Origin: an uncultured bacterium
GTDB lineage: Bacteria > AUK180
NCBI GenBank assembly: GCA_937863565.1
Contig: CALMGJ010000009.1
Span: forward strand, 62,001 to 126,000
Length of the DNA stretch: 64,000 nucleotides
Reading direction: 5' to 3'
Below the pieces are notes generated by a model. The model worked only from the letters and a program-made list of their open reading frames with translations, searched no databases and was not told where the DNA came from. How positions within the stretch are numbered: position 1 is the stretch's first letter; every line of letters starts with the position of its first letter. Both the position numbers and the translations under genes were made by a program. This document shows, in pieces, positions 47,547 to 57,258 of the stretch.

Positions 47547-47574
47547 ATAATACCAAATTTTACAGATTATTCAA
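47547..47574 (-). promoter_or_regulatory. Putative (near-)leaderless promoter
   Basis: TTGAAT-N16-TATTAT with extended TG; ATG 8 nt downstream; no SD. Confidence 0.5.
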
Positions 47575-47596
47575 AATCGTTCCGGTATACGGAACG
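47571..47596 (-). terminator. Putative intrinsic terminator
   Basis: Hairpin CGTTCCG-5-CGGAACG followed by ATTTTG on the minus strand, 27 nt after the stop at 47623. Confidence 0.55.
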
Positions 47597-47622
47597 GCGG
47601 TTTCTTCCGTAATTTCTTTCCG

Positions 47623-48045
47623 TTAAAATGACCGCAGCGAGGGGAAGAAGATCATGATAACCGCGGTCAGGAGAATGCCGATGAGTATAAGTGCGAGATA
47701 CCATGAAAAACAATCTTTGAGCTGGTCGATCCCTTTGTTGATCTTTTCCGCTGAAGCCGTTCTCCAGCCCTTTTTTATCAATACCGATGCGGCGATAAGG
47801 AAGGGCGCGAAGATCAGCCCTGTTACCTGGAGCTCTGCTTTTGCCGTCGAGCGGATCTCCGAGTACGGCAGCCACCTCAACGCGATAACGAGGAGAGAAA
47901 TAACACCCTGCAACAAAAGGAAAATCCCAGCCCATAGCATCAGTTGCGCCATTGCGTAGAGTGGCTTGAATATACTTTTTATATAATCCTTCTCCGGGAT
48001 TGTCCCGTAACCTTTCTTTTCATCTTTCATTATGCTTTCCTTCAA
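47623..48045 (-). CDS. 3-TM membrane protein (DUF5362-like), paralog A
   Basis: YGTIPE..YIK..F.PLY.M shared with the neighbour; 3 TM segments. Confidence 0.7.
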   Translation of the reverse strand: MKESIMKDEKKGYGTIPEKDYIKSIFKPLYAMAQLMLWAGIFLLLQGVISLLVIALRWLPYSEIRSTAKAELQVTGLIFAPFLIAASVLIKKGWRTASAEKINKGIDQLKDCFSWYLALILIGILLTAVIMIFFPSLRSF

Positions 48046-48057
48046 AATATTTTTTTC

Positions 48058-48489
48058 TTACCACTTCAATACCGTCTTTATGAGAACAATGAAAAGGTAC
48101 ATAAAAATGAATACGATCCCTATTATGATTAGAATGATCTTCAGGGAGAAAAAATCCCCTATCTTTGAAACGCCCCTGTATATCTCATTTAAAGATGAAC
48201 TCTCCCAACCGTTCCTGAGCGCACTGGAGGCCCTCAGAAGAAATATTCCGAAAACGATGTCCATTAGGCCGCTGGGGAAGATTTTTAAATTAAACGGGGA
48301 CGAGGATTCGGGTAAAACACGCAGTAAAACGAACATGACGATCTCGAAAGCAACGCCTATCAACATGACTATACCGGCTGTCCTGATGAGCCCGGACATA
48401 ACATACAGCGGGTGAAATACCTGTTTAATATAACCTTCTTCGGGGATCGTTCCGTAATCGCTTTTATCTTCCCTCATTTCGGACCTCAA
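48058..48489 (-). CDS. 3-TM membrane protein (DUF5362-like), paralog B
   Basis: Same N-terminal motif, plus ..GW...S...I..G...I.D.FS; 3 TM segments. Confidence 0.7.
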   Translation of the reverse strand: MRSEMREDKSDYGTIPEEGYIKQVFHPLYVMSGLIRTAGIVMLIGVAFEIVMFVLLRVLPESSSPFNLKIFPSGLMDIVFGIFLLRASSALRNGWESSSLNEIYRGVSKIGDFFSLKIILIIIGIVFIFMYLFIVLIKTVLKW

Positions 48490-48491
48490 TC

Positions 48492-48842
48492 CTATCTGTG
48501 CTTTTTAAATATCTCGATAATGATGAAAAATCCTGACCAGAAAGCGAAGCTCATGAACATCCGCCCCCAATCTAAATATTCCGTTCTCATTACCTTGGAG
48601 AGTTTCTTCATACCCGGATAAAAGAAATAGAACGGCAGACCTTTTCTCGATTCGAGCGCGCCGGCAAGGGGGTTCATGAGGAACGACGAAAGATATGTGA
48701 CCACGGCGGCAACGATCACGGCAATAGCAGCAGAAGCAAGAAGGTTCTTTTTGCGGAAGAAGACCGAGGAGATAGCGCTGTAGGCGAATCCCACCATGAA
48801 CACGGCAGAGACAAGATAGAAGAGTTTTTCCTCTTTAGACAT
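48492..48842 (-). CDS. Hypothetical membrane protein (3 TM)
   Basis: AAGGAG RBS, own promoter, hydrophobic segments. Confidence 0.7.
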   Translation of the reverse strand: MSKEEKLFYLVSAVFMVGFAYSAISSVFFRKKNLLASAAIAVIVAAVVTYLSSFLMNPLAGALESRKGLPFYFFYPGMKKLSKVMRTEYLDWGRMFMSFAFWSGFFIIIEIFKKHR

Positions 48843-48877
48843 ATGCGCTCCTTTTATAAAGGCGGAAAATCCGGATA

Positions 48878-48905
48878 ATTATACCATATCGGGGATGTTT
48901 TTCAA
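48878..48905 (-). promoter_or_regulatory. Sigma70-type promoter (leftward of a back-to-back pair)
   Basis: TTGAAA-N16-TATAAT with extended TG. Confidence 0.7.
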
Positions 48906-48917
48906 ATATTCTCTTGT

Positions 48918-48946
48918 TTGCAAAGATGAGCTTTTTTTGGTATATT
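48918..48946 (+). promoter_or_regulatory. Sigma70-type promoter of the DUF58 gene, probably leaderless
   Basis: TTGCAA-N17-TATATT with extended TG; ATG 7 nt downstream; no SD. Confidence 0.65.
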
Positions 48947-48953
48947 ATCGCAA

Positions 48954-49850
48954 ATGAGCGCAAAGGTACTTCAGAGGATACGGCATTACATCTCGATCAT
49001 CGAGAAACTCCGCATCAGAAGCGATAAGATCCTTCAAGGTATGTTCGCGGGGATGCATAGAAGCCCTTATCTCGGATATACGGCCGATTTCGAGGACCAC
49101 AGGCAGTATAATCCCGGAGATAATATCAAACTAATCGATTGGCCTCTTTGGGCGCGGTCTGAAAAGCTTTTCATAAAACGTTTCAAGGAAGATACAAATG
49201 CCAATGTTTATCTTATTCTGGATTCTACACTTTCAATGGCTTACCCCTCGGAAGACAGGAATAAATTGGACAGGGCGAAAGAGCTTCTGATCCTCCTTTT
49301 TCTTCTGTTCAGGAGTCAGAACGACAGGGTGGCGCTCTTCCGGTTCAATGAGGGCGGAAAATTCATAGTCGCCCCGAATGACGCTAAGATAGAAAAGAGC
49401 AGCTTCATAGAAAAGATCGCCGCCATCGAAGCGGAACGCGGCGGTGATTTCGCCGAGGCGATGAAAGTGTTCTCCAGAAGCGCGAAAAGGAGGGGCATCG
49501 TCGTTCTGGCCTCCGATTTCATTTTCGACACCGATACGCTGAAAAAAGGGCTGAACATCCTTAATTATCATAAGCACGACATTCTTTGTTTTCACATGTA
49601 TGCCGAGAAGGAGGTAGACGCCGGATTGTTGAAAGAAGGCGTATATTTCGATCCCGAGGCCAGGGCCAAGAGCGTGAGCGCTGATGAGTCGGGTTTGCGG
49701 AACTACCGCGAGAACTTCTTAAAACGCGAAATTGAGATCCGTGAGATATTCAATGAGCTGCGGATCAAAAGGATCAAAAGTTTTGCCGAGGATAATATGC
49801 TTAAATTCATATTGGGATTCTCTGCGGAGTACAGCCCGTGGAATTTTTAA
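48954..49850 (+). CDS. DUF58 (vWA-like) protein
   Basis: G.HRS...G...F.DHRQY.PGD....IDW...AR, LD.T.SM, SDF. Confidence 0.88.
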   Translation: MSAKVLQRIRHYISIIEKLRIRSDKILQGMFAGMHRSPYLGYTADFEDHRQYNPGDNIKLIDWPLWARSEKLFIKRFKEDTNANVYLILDSTLSMAYPSEDRNKLDRAKELLILLFLLFRSQNDRVALFRFNEGGKFIVAPNDAKIEKSSFIEKIAAIEAERGGDFAEAMKVFSRSAKRRGIVVLASDFIFDTDTLKKGLNILNYHKHDILCFHMYAEKEVDAGLLKEGVYFDPEARAKSVSADESGLRNYRENFLKREIEIREIFNELRIKRIKSFAEDNMLKFILGFSAEYSPWNF

Positions 49851-51244
49851 ATCCGTTCTTCCTCTTTTTTATTCCGCTTTCCCTTCTCCCGATCATTTTG
49901 AACATTCTTTTCAAAAACACACGGAATGAGATACCGTTCCCTCTCTATTTTCTTATAGGGAAGAGGCAGAAGGGCCGCGGCCTCAATGTAAGGAATATCA
50001 TCAAAACGGTCCTCCGGATGCTGATCATTCTCGATATCATCTTCATTTTCGCTCATCCCGTTTCCGGCTACAGGGATTCGAGCAAGCTCATCATTTTCGA
50101 TAATTCTGCACATAGCGAGATCACATATCCGGACGGGACAAGGGTGATCGATAAAGGGCTTGAGGTCTTAAGAAGCGTTTTCAGGGAAGGGGACAAGATC
50201 GTCGTCATGGACGATGCCCATTTCAGGATGCTCTATTCTCCGGAAGGTATCGCGCCGGTCAAAAGGAACTTCGATATTCCCATCTGGGACGAACTCCCCG
50301 CTCAGGTACCGTGTCTTTTGATCTCACCGATGACCTTTGCCGAGGATTTCAAGGGACCGGTTTACGACCTGTTCCCCGATGATTTCGTCAATATCGGGAT
50401 CAGCGTTAAGGATTTCTCCGTGCTTCTAAGAAGAATAAATGTACGTGTCTATTCCCAATCATACACGGGTGCGTTCACCGTTTCCTTAAAAACGGATAAT
50501 TCAACAAGGACCGTTCACCGGGGCAGCTTCGATAAAACGTCTGAGATCGATCTTGAAATAGAGATGCCCGCCCCGGGAGGCCGCATCACGCTCGCGATCT
50601 CCGCGGATGGCATTCAAGATGCCTTCACAGCCGATAATAGTGCCGAAATGTTTCTTCCGGGTTCTTTGAGATTCAATGACAGGACCGCGTATCCCATGAT
50701 CTCCCGCATGATCGAAACCGTGAGCGGGCGGTTAAAAAATGGAGGCGGCGGATCATATGTGCTCGAGGTCTCAAATATCGAAACAGAAAGACCGGGGTTG
50801 TACTTCATGGTATCGGGGACCGCGGCACACGATTCATGCTTTTTCACTCTCGCCCGGGATCAGCAGCCATTTCAGCTTGCAGGCATTCCTTTAGATATCG
50901 AAGGAAGGACGATCGTCGAAGGTATGAACGGAAACCCGTATCTGGTCATTTCCGGGAAAAAGAGAAGCATGTTCTTCGGATTTCTGCCCGATGAAGGGGA
51001 GAATCCCTTCCTTGGGACGGATCAGGGGCTGCGCCTAATGTTCCTATCCCTGGACGAGTATTTAAAATCGCTGGTGCGCGAAGATCATAAAGTGTTGTTC
51101 AGCGCTCAAGAGATCAACCGGCCCGTGGTACACCGGATCAAAGGAAGGCCGGAAAAGAAAGATCCCGGAATGCCGTTCAGGGACCATAAACCTCTTCTTC
51201 TTACCGTACTTTTCGTTCTTATGATCCTGGATCTTTTTATTTAA
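49838..51244 (+). CDS. BatA N-terminal-domain membrane protein
   Basis: MEFLNP..L......PI.L, FP...L, LR.L......FAHP, DNS, DN; C-terminal TM. Confidence 0.72.
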   Translation: MEFLNPFFLFFIPLSLLPIILNILFKNTRNEIPFPLYFLIGKRQKGRGLNVRNIIKTVLRMLIILDIIFIFAHPVSGYRDSSKLIIFDNSAHSEITYPDGTRVIDKGLEVLRSVFREGDKIVVMDDAHFRMLYSPEGIAPVKRNFDIPIWDELPAQVPCLLISPMTFAEDFKGPVYDLFPDDFVNIGISVKDFSVLLRRINVRVYSQSYTGAFTVSLKTDNSTRTVHRGSFDKTSEIDLEIEMPAPGGRITLAISADGIQDAFTADNSAEMFLPGSLRFNDRTAYPMISRMIETVSGRLKNGGGGSYVLEVSNIETERPGLYFMVSGTAAHDSCFFTLARDQQPFQLAGIPLDIEGRTIVEGMNGNPYLVISGKKRSMFFGFLPDEGENPFLGTDQGLRLMFLSLDEYLKSLVREDHKVLFSAQEINRPVVHRIKGRPEKKDPGMPFRDHKPLLLTVLFVLMILDLFI

Positions 51245-52280
51245 GAAAGTCAGTAAGCGCCGAAACGCGCGATCTGAACGCGTCAAACGTAAGGTTCTTC
51301 ATGTAATATTCCGTTACATTCTTTGAATAAACGGCCCGGCCCTTTATTACTTTCTTTAATGCTTCGGCAAAAGAACGCGGATCACCGGGGTTCGCCAATT
51401 CCCCGAAGCGGACATTTCCGAAAACCTCCGGAATGATCCCGACCGCGGTCGCCGCAACCGGAAGTCCGAACGCGAAATATTCGTAAAGGACCCTTGAATA
51501 AACCTCCGATCCCAGCGAGCCGATGAGCCCGATCGAGGCGAGGGCGAGGTATTCTTCTATATCGGCGGCGAATCCGCTGAATCTTACGTTCTCTTCAATA
51601 CCGAGCGCGTTCGCTTCCTTTGCAAGTACAGCAAAAGGTATCTCCGCTTCATTTCCGATAAAAACAGCATCAAAGCCGGTGCCTTCCCGCTTCAATATCG
51701 AGAGGGCTTTCAGAATATCCCCGTGACCCTTGATCTTCGATGATCTGGCGATGTGAATAAACTGCAGCCGCTCTTCCCCGCTGTTTTCCATAAGCGGTCC
51801 TTTCCTTTCATAATGGCCTTCGAGAAGATATGTGTGTCCCGCAAGCGGAACTCTTTTCAGAAATCTTTCTTCTTCCAGCCGCGACGGTACGATGATAAGA
51901 TCGGTCTTCCCGTGGAGCTGTAATGCGAACGGATTATTTTTCGGCACTCTTGCATCGAGAATAATGCGGATGGTCTTAACGCCTTTTTTCTTTGCGTTCA
52001 CCGCAAGCGTCTGATCCGGGCCGGTATACGTGAATACCGCATCCGCGGCGGTCACCGGAGACTGCGCGCCGAGGGAATAACGGATGTACCCGGATTCTTT
52101 ACAGGGGAGGATATTTTCGAAGGCGATGCCGGCTTTCGCGAGTTCGGCATTGATGGGATTATTTTTCCCGGTCACGATCCTCTGTTCGAATCCGAGATCG
52201 GAAAGCGCCCGCATGATCGAGAAGGCATAAAAAGAAGCTGCGTTCCACCACCTGATATTGTGAAGATGAAGGATATTCAA
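51237..52280 (-). CDS. GT4 family glycosyltransferase
   Basis: RWWNA, AR.S.IKG, S.GSE..SRV..E....GLPV.AT.VG.IPE. Probable TTG start at 52280 (the ORF track start 52427 overlaps the upstream gene). Confidence 0.85.
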   Translation of the reverse strand: MNILHLHNIRWWNAASFYAFSIMRALSDLGFEQRIVTGKNNPINAELAKAGIAFENILPCKESGYIRYSLGAQSPVTAADAVFTYTGPDQTLAVNAKKKGVKTIRIILDARVPKNNPFALQLHGKTDLIIVPSRLEEERFLKRVPLAGHTYLLEGHYERKGPLMENSGEERLQFIHIARSSKIKGHGDILKALSILKREGTGFDAVFIGNEAEIPFAVLAKEANALGIEENVRFSGFAADIEEYLALASIGLIGSLGSEVYSRVLYEYFAFGLPVAATAVGIIPEVFGNVRFGELANPGDPRSFAEALKKVIKGRAVYSKNVTEYYMKNLTFDAFRSRVSALTDFLK

Positions 52281-52284
52281 ATCT

Positions 52285-53595
52285 TTATCCCGAGACGACG
52301 CGGCTCCAGAGTTTCTTTGATATTTCCCTGCTTTTTGCCCCGATCGCCTCAAGGTCCAGATCGAGCTGCAGCTTGCGGTCCTTAAGAAGGAATCTACCGT
52401 CGGAGATCGTATCCGTAGCCGGAGCATGTACCAGCCCGAAAAGGATATGGGCGATAAGTGTATTGCCGGTCAATTCTGTAGGTTCGGTATAGTCGAAGAA
52501 GACAAAGTCGGCGCAGGCACCCTCCTCGATAACGCCTGTTTTCCTGGAAAGTATCGCGGAAGCGATCTTGCCGTTGTTCTTAAAGGCAGAGAAGCATTCA
52601 CCCCAGCCGGCGGAAGTGTTGCTGTTCTTATAATGGCTCAAGATATGCGCGAGGAAGTATTCATGCATCGGCACATTGTGCATGCCGTCGGTCCCTATGC
52701 CCACCACGACATTGTTCTTTAAAGCGCCGATGATGTCGAGTATGCCCACGGCATTGTTGATATTGGAGGAGGGATTGTGAACAAGGAAAGATCTGCTTTT
52801 CGCTATGATCTCCCATTCGGACGCATCAGTCCACACCCCGTGGATGAGAAGCGAATTTTTCCTGAGGAGATTATACCTGTAAAGCCTGTGCGTCACCGAT
52901 TGGTAGCCAAGGTTCTTCACAAAATTCTGGTCTTCCCTGTCCTCGGCAAGGTGACAGTGTATCGGCATATTGTCCGGCGTGTTCTTCTCTATGTATTTCA
53001 GTTCCTCATCGGAAAGAGTCATGTTCGCGTGAAGGCCGAGCATGCCTCTTACACTGCCGTCATCGCGGTTCATTTCATAAAAGTTCACATTCTCCCGCAC
53101 TTCTTTTTTGAATACCTCGTCGCCGTTGCGGCCCGTTACTTCAAAAGACAGCGCGCCCTTGATACCGTATTTTTTCATTATGTCGCTGATGAGGGATAGG
53201 CTCCCATCAATGAATTTCGTCGATACATGATGGTCGAAAACCGTTGTTGTGCCGTGCAGGATACCCTGTATGAGGGGGAAGATCACGCTGTAGTAGAGCT
53301 CTTCCTCGGTCAGTTCAAAATCGAGTTTCCACCAGAAGTTCTTCAGCTGGTCCACGAAGGTGTTGGAAACGGCACCGGGAATCGACAGGCCTCTTCCGAG
53401 GGTGGAGTAGAAATGCATATGTGCATTGATGATGCCGGGCAGCGCCCATTTCCCCTTCATATCGATCCGTTCCGCCTTTTCCTCAATCACGCCGATCTTT
53501 TTTATCATGCCGTCCTCTATCAGGACCGATACATTTTCCAAGACCGCGGGTTCGCCGAATGTGACTGCCGAAACATTATCAAGAACATACTTCAT
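52285..53595 (-). CDS. Metal-dependent amidohydrolase, SsnA-like
   Basis: PG.INAHMHFYS, GTTT.FDHH, GLHA, HCHLAE, HNPSSN.NNAVG, GTDG. Start MKYVL follows GGAGG (ORF track gives 53622). Confidence 0.88.
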   Translation of the reverse strand: MKYVLDNVSAVTFGEPAVLENVSVLIEDGMIKKIGVIEEKAERIDMKGKWALPGIINAHMHFYSTLGRGLSIPGAVSNTFVDQLKNFWWKLDFELTEEELYYSVIFPLIQGILHGTTTVFDHHVSTKFIDGSLSLISDIMKKYGIKGALSFEVTGRNGDEVFKKEVRENVNFYEMNRDDGSVRGMLGLHANMTLSDEELKYIEKNTPDNMPIHCHLAEDREDQNFVKNLGYQSVTHRLYRYNLLRKNSLLIHGVWTDASEWEIIAKSRSFLVHNPSSNINNAVGILDIIGALKNNVVVGIGTDGMHNVPMHEYFLAHILSHYKNSNTSAGWGECFSAFKNNGKIASAILSRKTGVIEEGACADFVFFDYTEPTELTGNTLIAHILFGLVHAPATDTISDGRFLLKDRKLQLDLDLEAIGAKSREISKKLWSRVVSG

Positions 53596-53596
53596 C

Positions 53597-54073
53597 TCAC
53601 TTCCTCCTGCGGTTTTCTTCAAGGCGCTTCAATATGCCGTCCTTTGCCGAATCTATATCGCTCATTCCGTAAGTCTTTCCGTGCTCCATTCCGAATATAT
53701 GCAAAAGGGCATGCACGATGACATTGGCAAGCGAAGCCTTCCTGTCCTCGAAAGTGGGATCGGAATCCTTTATGATCTCGTCCCAGTTTATCACGATCTC
53801 GCCGATGATGTCGTTCTCGGGATCGTCAACATAGGAAAAAGAAAGCTCATTAGTGGATTTATCAATATTCCTGTATTTTTTTGAGAGCGCCTTTATCGAA
53901 CCGGAATCCGTTATCAGAATATTTACCGTTCTTTTCCCGGGCAGGATTTTTCCCGCATACTTCATTTTTAGGATCTCATTGACCGCTCTGATGACCGTAC
54001 TCTTTATGAACGGAGCGTAAGTGTTTTTCTGAGAGCATTTCGAGTAGACGATATTAACGGTACTATTCTTCAT
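53597..54073 (-). CDS. ybeY: rRNA maturation endoribonuclease YbeY
   Basis: YR..DK.T..LSF, GEI.I, HALLHIFGMEH; conserved phoH-HD-ybeY gene order. Confidence 0.88.
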   Translation of the reverse strand: MKNSTVNIVYSKCSQKNTYAPFIKSTVIRAVNEILKMKYAGKILPGKRTVNILITDSGSIKALSKKYRNIDKSTNELSFSYVDDPENDIIGEIVINWDEIIKDSDPTFEDRKASLANVIVHALLHIFGMEHGKTYGMSDIDSAKDGILKRLEENRRRK

Positions 54074-56315
54074 ATTCGATCCTTTTATGGTACACGTTCT
54101 GGATCGTTTTTATCATTGAATTGGCCACTTTATTCAGCTCATCAAGCGTGATGTCGCAATTCGAGAACTGGTTCTCTATAACGAGAAGCTGGGTCAGCGT
54201 ATTGTCCACCATCCTTTTGATCTCTGCGTACTGATGGCTCTTTAAAAGCCTTGATTGCGCTTCCACGCGGTCGGCGAACATCACTATTGCGGATTCCTTC
54301 GATGTGGGTTTATTGCCCTGGTAGCGGAAATCGCTGTCATCCGGCTCCTCTGCGCCCGTTGCCGCGAGTTTCTGCGCCTGTTCGAAAAAGTGTGCTATGA
54401 GGGCAGTGCCGTGATGTTCGAGTATGATGCGCCTTACGGGCTTGGGAAGCATGTGGTCCAGCGAGAGCTGATAGCCGTATATCACGTGTTGTTTCAATAT
54501 CTTTGCGCTTTTTATCGGAGGGATCTTGTCGTGCGGATTTTTATCTCCGAACTGGTTTTCTATGAAATACTGCGGCGATTGGATCTTTCCGATATCATGG
54601 AACAGCCCTCCGACCTTCGCGACCAGGGATTTGGCATTGATCGTTTTAGAGGCCATTTCCGCCATATTAGCAACGGCCACCGAGTGCTGATATGTCCCGG
54701 GGGCAAGCAGTGAGAGGTTCTTGATCAATTCATGCTCGCCGCTCAAGAGATCGACAAGGGCGAAATTTGTCGGCATATCGAACAGGCCTTCGATAACAGG
54801 CATTATGGAGATAACGAGAAGGTATGAAAGTACATGGCCCAATATGATCGAAATGGAATATCTTATGAACATGCTGACCGGATACAGTCTTATCAGAGAA
54901 ATGGAAAGCGGCACCAATGTAAGAAGAAGCGCCGTTACCAGAAACATAAAGAACAGATTTCCCCTGCGCACGCGCCGTTTCATCGCGAAGAGGAGCAAAA
55001 GCGAATCAACGAATCCGTAGAGCATGATATCGATATTGAAGTCATAGAAGAACGATGCAAGTATGAGGACGATCACCGAGAAGAGAATGCTGAGGTTGTC
55101 GTTGAGGAATGTGGCCATCACGAAAACCAAAAACGAGAACGGCAGCGTATACGGAGTCAGGAAAAAGTTCGGATATGCCTTCTCAAGAGTGTCGTAAAGG
55201 GACATCAGTCCGAGAAAAAGAATATATATGAGCGCGATCAGGAAATACGATTCATTGGTCTTGAAGGTTTCGGGGTTGAACAGGTTCGTATAGATGGAGA
55301 GCGCAAGAAAAAGAAGCAGAATGAAAAGGAGTATACCCAGGGTTTTTAGAAGGGACAGCGTTCTTGAAAGATAATTACGGAGCGTCCTTATCAGCGCTGC
55401 GTCATTCTCCGAGAAGAACTCGCCTTTTCTGAGAATAAGCGATTTTTTCTCGTAAACATCCTTGATCGGCTTCATCTCCCTTCTGATCTCCCTGTGCCTT
55501 TTCCCCGTCAATTCCGCATCATAGGAAATATTGCCGTGTACGTTCTCCTCCGCGAAGGCTATAAGAAGCGTTTTCAGGTATTCCGGTTCCTTTTTAGAAT
55601 TCTTTATGCCGGCGATCACACCCTCCTTCGTATTGATGTCGAGAATATGTCTTGTTCTTTCGAAACCGTCCGACATCCTGACCGTGACCAGCCTTGTTCT
55701 CAGATGGTTATCGACGAGGAAGCGCTCCATCTCCGCGCGGGCCGGCATTATCCCTCTTTTCATCGGTATAATGATCTTTTCCCAGAAGATGTTCTTCAGA
55801 TCGTTCAGATCTTCCGTTTTCAGAATATTGCCGTATTCGGATGAGCGTATCTTGATCCCGGGAAATGCCGCGGCGAACTCCCTGTACCGGGCTGAAATGG
55901 TTTTCTCCTCTTCTTTCTGGCGGCCCAGAAATCCGAGAACGGCGGAGAGATTGTTAACGCAGTCGTCCTCCACCGTTCTGTCCACGGTGAAGACCGGAGG
56001 CGTTTCCGAGATCTTATCAAGGATAAGGTCTTCGGTCTTTTCCGAATTGACGAAGGAAAATGCCGCCGGGGAATAATAGTTCTCGATGATCTGCGCACCG
56101 ATCTCGTATTTCGGTATCCTGGTATGGATGTTCTTCATGAACACGACGATGGTGAGGAATATCGAGATCGTGATCGTGATCGCTTTGGCGAACGTTACCT
56201 TCGCAGAAAGCGTTGTTTTGATGTTTTTCTGCCATGTTTTGAGCATTTCATCGATCCTCTTCGAAAGATCGAACTTTTCACCTGTGCCGTTATTATTCTT
56301 TTTCATGTTTTTCAA
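54063..56315 (-). CDS. 7TM HD-domain phosphohydrolase (PgpH-like, c-di-AMP phosphodiesterase family)
   Basis: Extracytoplasmic domain, 7 TM, APGTYQHS..VAN, HDIGK, F.ENQ, HHGT, FRY.G..P..KE, AD..EA. Confidence 0.9.
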   Translation of the reverse strand: MKNMKKNNNGTGEKFDLSKRIDEMLKTWQKNIKTTLSAKVTFAKAITITISIFLTIVVFMKNIHTRIPKYEIGAQIIENYYSPAAFSFVNSEKTEDLILDKISETPPVFTVDRTVEDDCVNNLSAVLGFLGRQKEEEKTISARYREFAAAFPGIKIRSSEYGNILKTEDLNDLKNIFWEKIIIPMKRGIMPARAEMERFLVDNHLRTRLVTVRMSDGFERTRHILDINTKEGVIAGIKNSKKEPEYLKTLLIAFAEENVHGNISYDAELTGKRHREIRREMKPIKDVYEKKSLILRKGEFFSENDAALIRTLRNYLSRTLSLLKTLGILLFILLLFLALSIYTNLFNPETFKTNESYFLIALIYILFLGLMSLYDTLEKAYPNFFLTPYTLPFSFLVFVMATFLNDNLSILFSVIVLILASFFYDFNIDIMLYGFVDSLLLLFAMKRRVRRGNLFFMFLVTALLLTLVPLSISLIRLYPVSMFIRYSISIILGHVLSYLLVISIMPVIEGLFDMPTNFALVDLLSGEHELIKNLSLLAPGTYQHSVAVANMAEMASKTINAKSLVAKVGGLFHDIGKIQSPQYFIENQFGDKNPHDKIPPIKSAKILKQHVIYGYQLSLDHMLPKPVRRIILEHHGTALIAHFFEQAQKLAATGAEEPDDSDFRYQGNKPTSKESAIVMFADRVEAQSRLLKSHQYAEIKRMVDNTLTQLLVIENQFSNCDITLDELNKVANSMIKTIQNVYHKRIEYEE

Positions 56316-57258
56316 AGGCGTCTATTATCTTTTGTACGAGCGGATGCCGGACGACATCGCTTTTCGACAGGTTCACTATCTTTATCCCGTCGATGCCGGC
56401 AAGGATCCGGCTTATATACACGAGGCCGGACATTTTCTTGTTCTCAAGGTCGATCTGGGTCACATCGCCCGTTACGATGACCTTGGAATTGAAACCTATC
56501 CTGGTCAGGAACATCTTTATCTGTTCCTTTGTGGTATTCTGCCCTTCATCCAGTATCACGAAAGCGTCATTCAGCGTTCTTCCCCTCATAAAGGCGAGAG
56601 GAGCCACTTCAATGATACCCTTGTCCATAAGGTCCGCGGCTTTATTGAAATTAAGGTGCTCATACAGGGCGTCGAAGACCGGGCGCAGATAGGGGTCTAT
56701 CTTCGCAGCAAGGTCGCCAGGAAGGAATCCGAGTTTTTCGCCGGCTTCCACTGCCGGACGGGTGACAATGACCCTTGAGACCTCGTTCTCAAGAAGAGCC
56801 TCGACCGCGCGAGCCACTGCAAGATATGTTTTCCCCGTTCCGGCCGGACCTATGCATATGGTCAGGTCCCCCGTTTTTATTGCGCTCAGATACTCCTGCT
56901 GGCCGAATGTTTTCGGCTGTATGAAGCCTCTCTGGGGGCCCACCCTAATGAATGAGCTGAACAGCTGTTCCGATTCTTTGAAACCGAATTCGCGCGTGTA
57001 TTCGATGAGATACCGTATCGTTTTTTTATTCACCCGGTACCCTCTTTTTATCGAATTTGCGATGTCCAGAATGATATCGGATACCGTTTTCTCCGTCTTC
57101 TCGTCCTGACCAGTGATCTCGAGGATGCCATTGCCGCCGGTTATTTTTACATTGTATACCTTTTCGATGTATTTCAGGTTCTCGTCATTAGATCCGAAAA
57201 GGGCGGAAAGCCTTCCCTGGTCATTGAGGCCGGTGAGTTCGATCTGCATTACCGTCAA
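56293..57258 (-). CDS. phoH: PhoH family ATPase
   Basis: GPAGTGKTYLA, RPAVEAGEKLGFLPG, APLAFMRGRTL, DEGQN, DVVRH. Confidence 0.95.
   Translation of the reverse strand: MTVMQIELTGLNDQGRLSALFGSNDENLKYIEKVYNVKITGGNGILEITGQDEKTEKTVSDIILDIANSIKRGYRVNKKTIRYLIEYTREFGFKESEQLFSSFIRVGPQRGFIQPKTFGQQEYLSAIKTGDLTICIGPAGTGKTYLAVARAVEALLENEVSRVIVTRPAVEAGEKLGFLPGDLAAKIDPYLRPVFDALYEHLNFNKAADLMDKGIIEVAPLAFMRGRTLNDAFVILDEGQNTTKEQIKMFLTRIGFNSKVIVTGDVTQIDLENKKMSGLVYISRILAGIDGIKIVNLSKSDVVRHPLVQKIIDAFEKHEKE

Noticed and set aside
53597-57258. phoH-HD phosphodiesterase-ybeY cluster as novel
   Set aside because: This gene order is widely conserved and already known.
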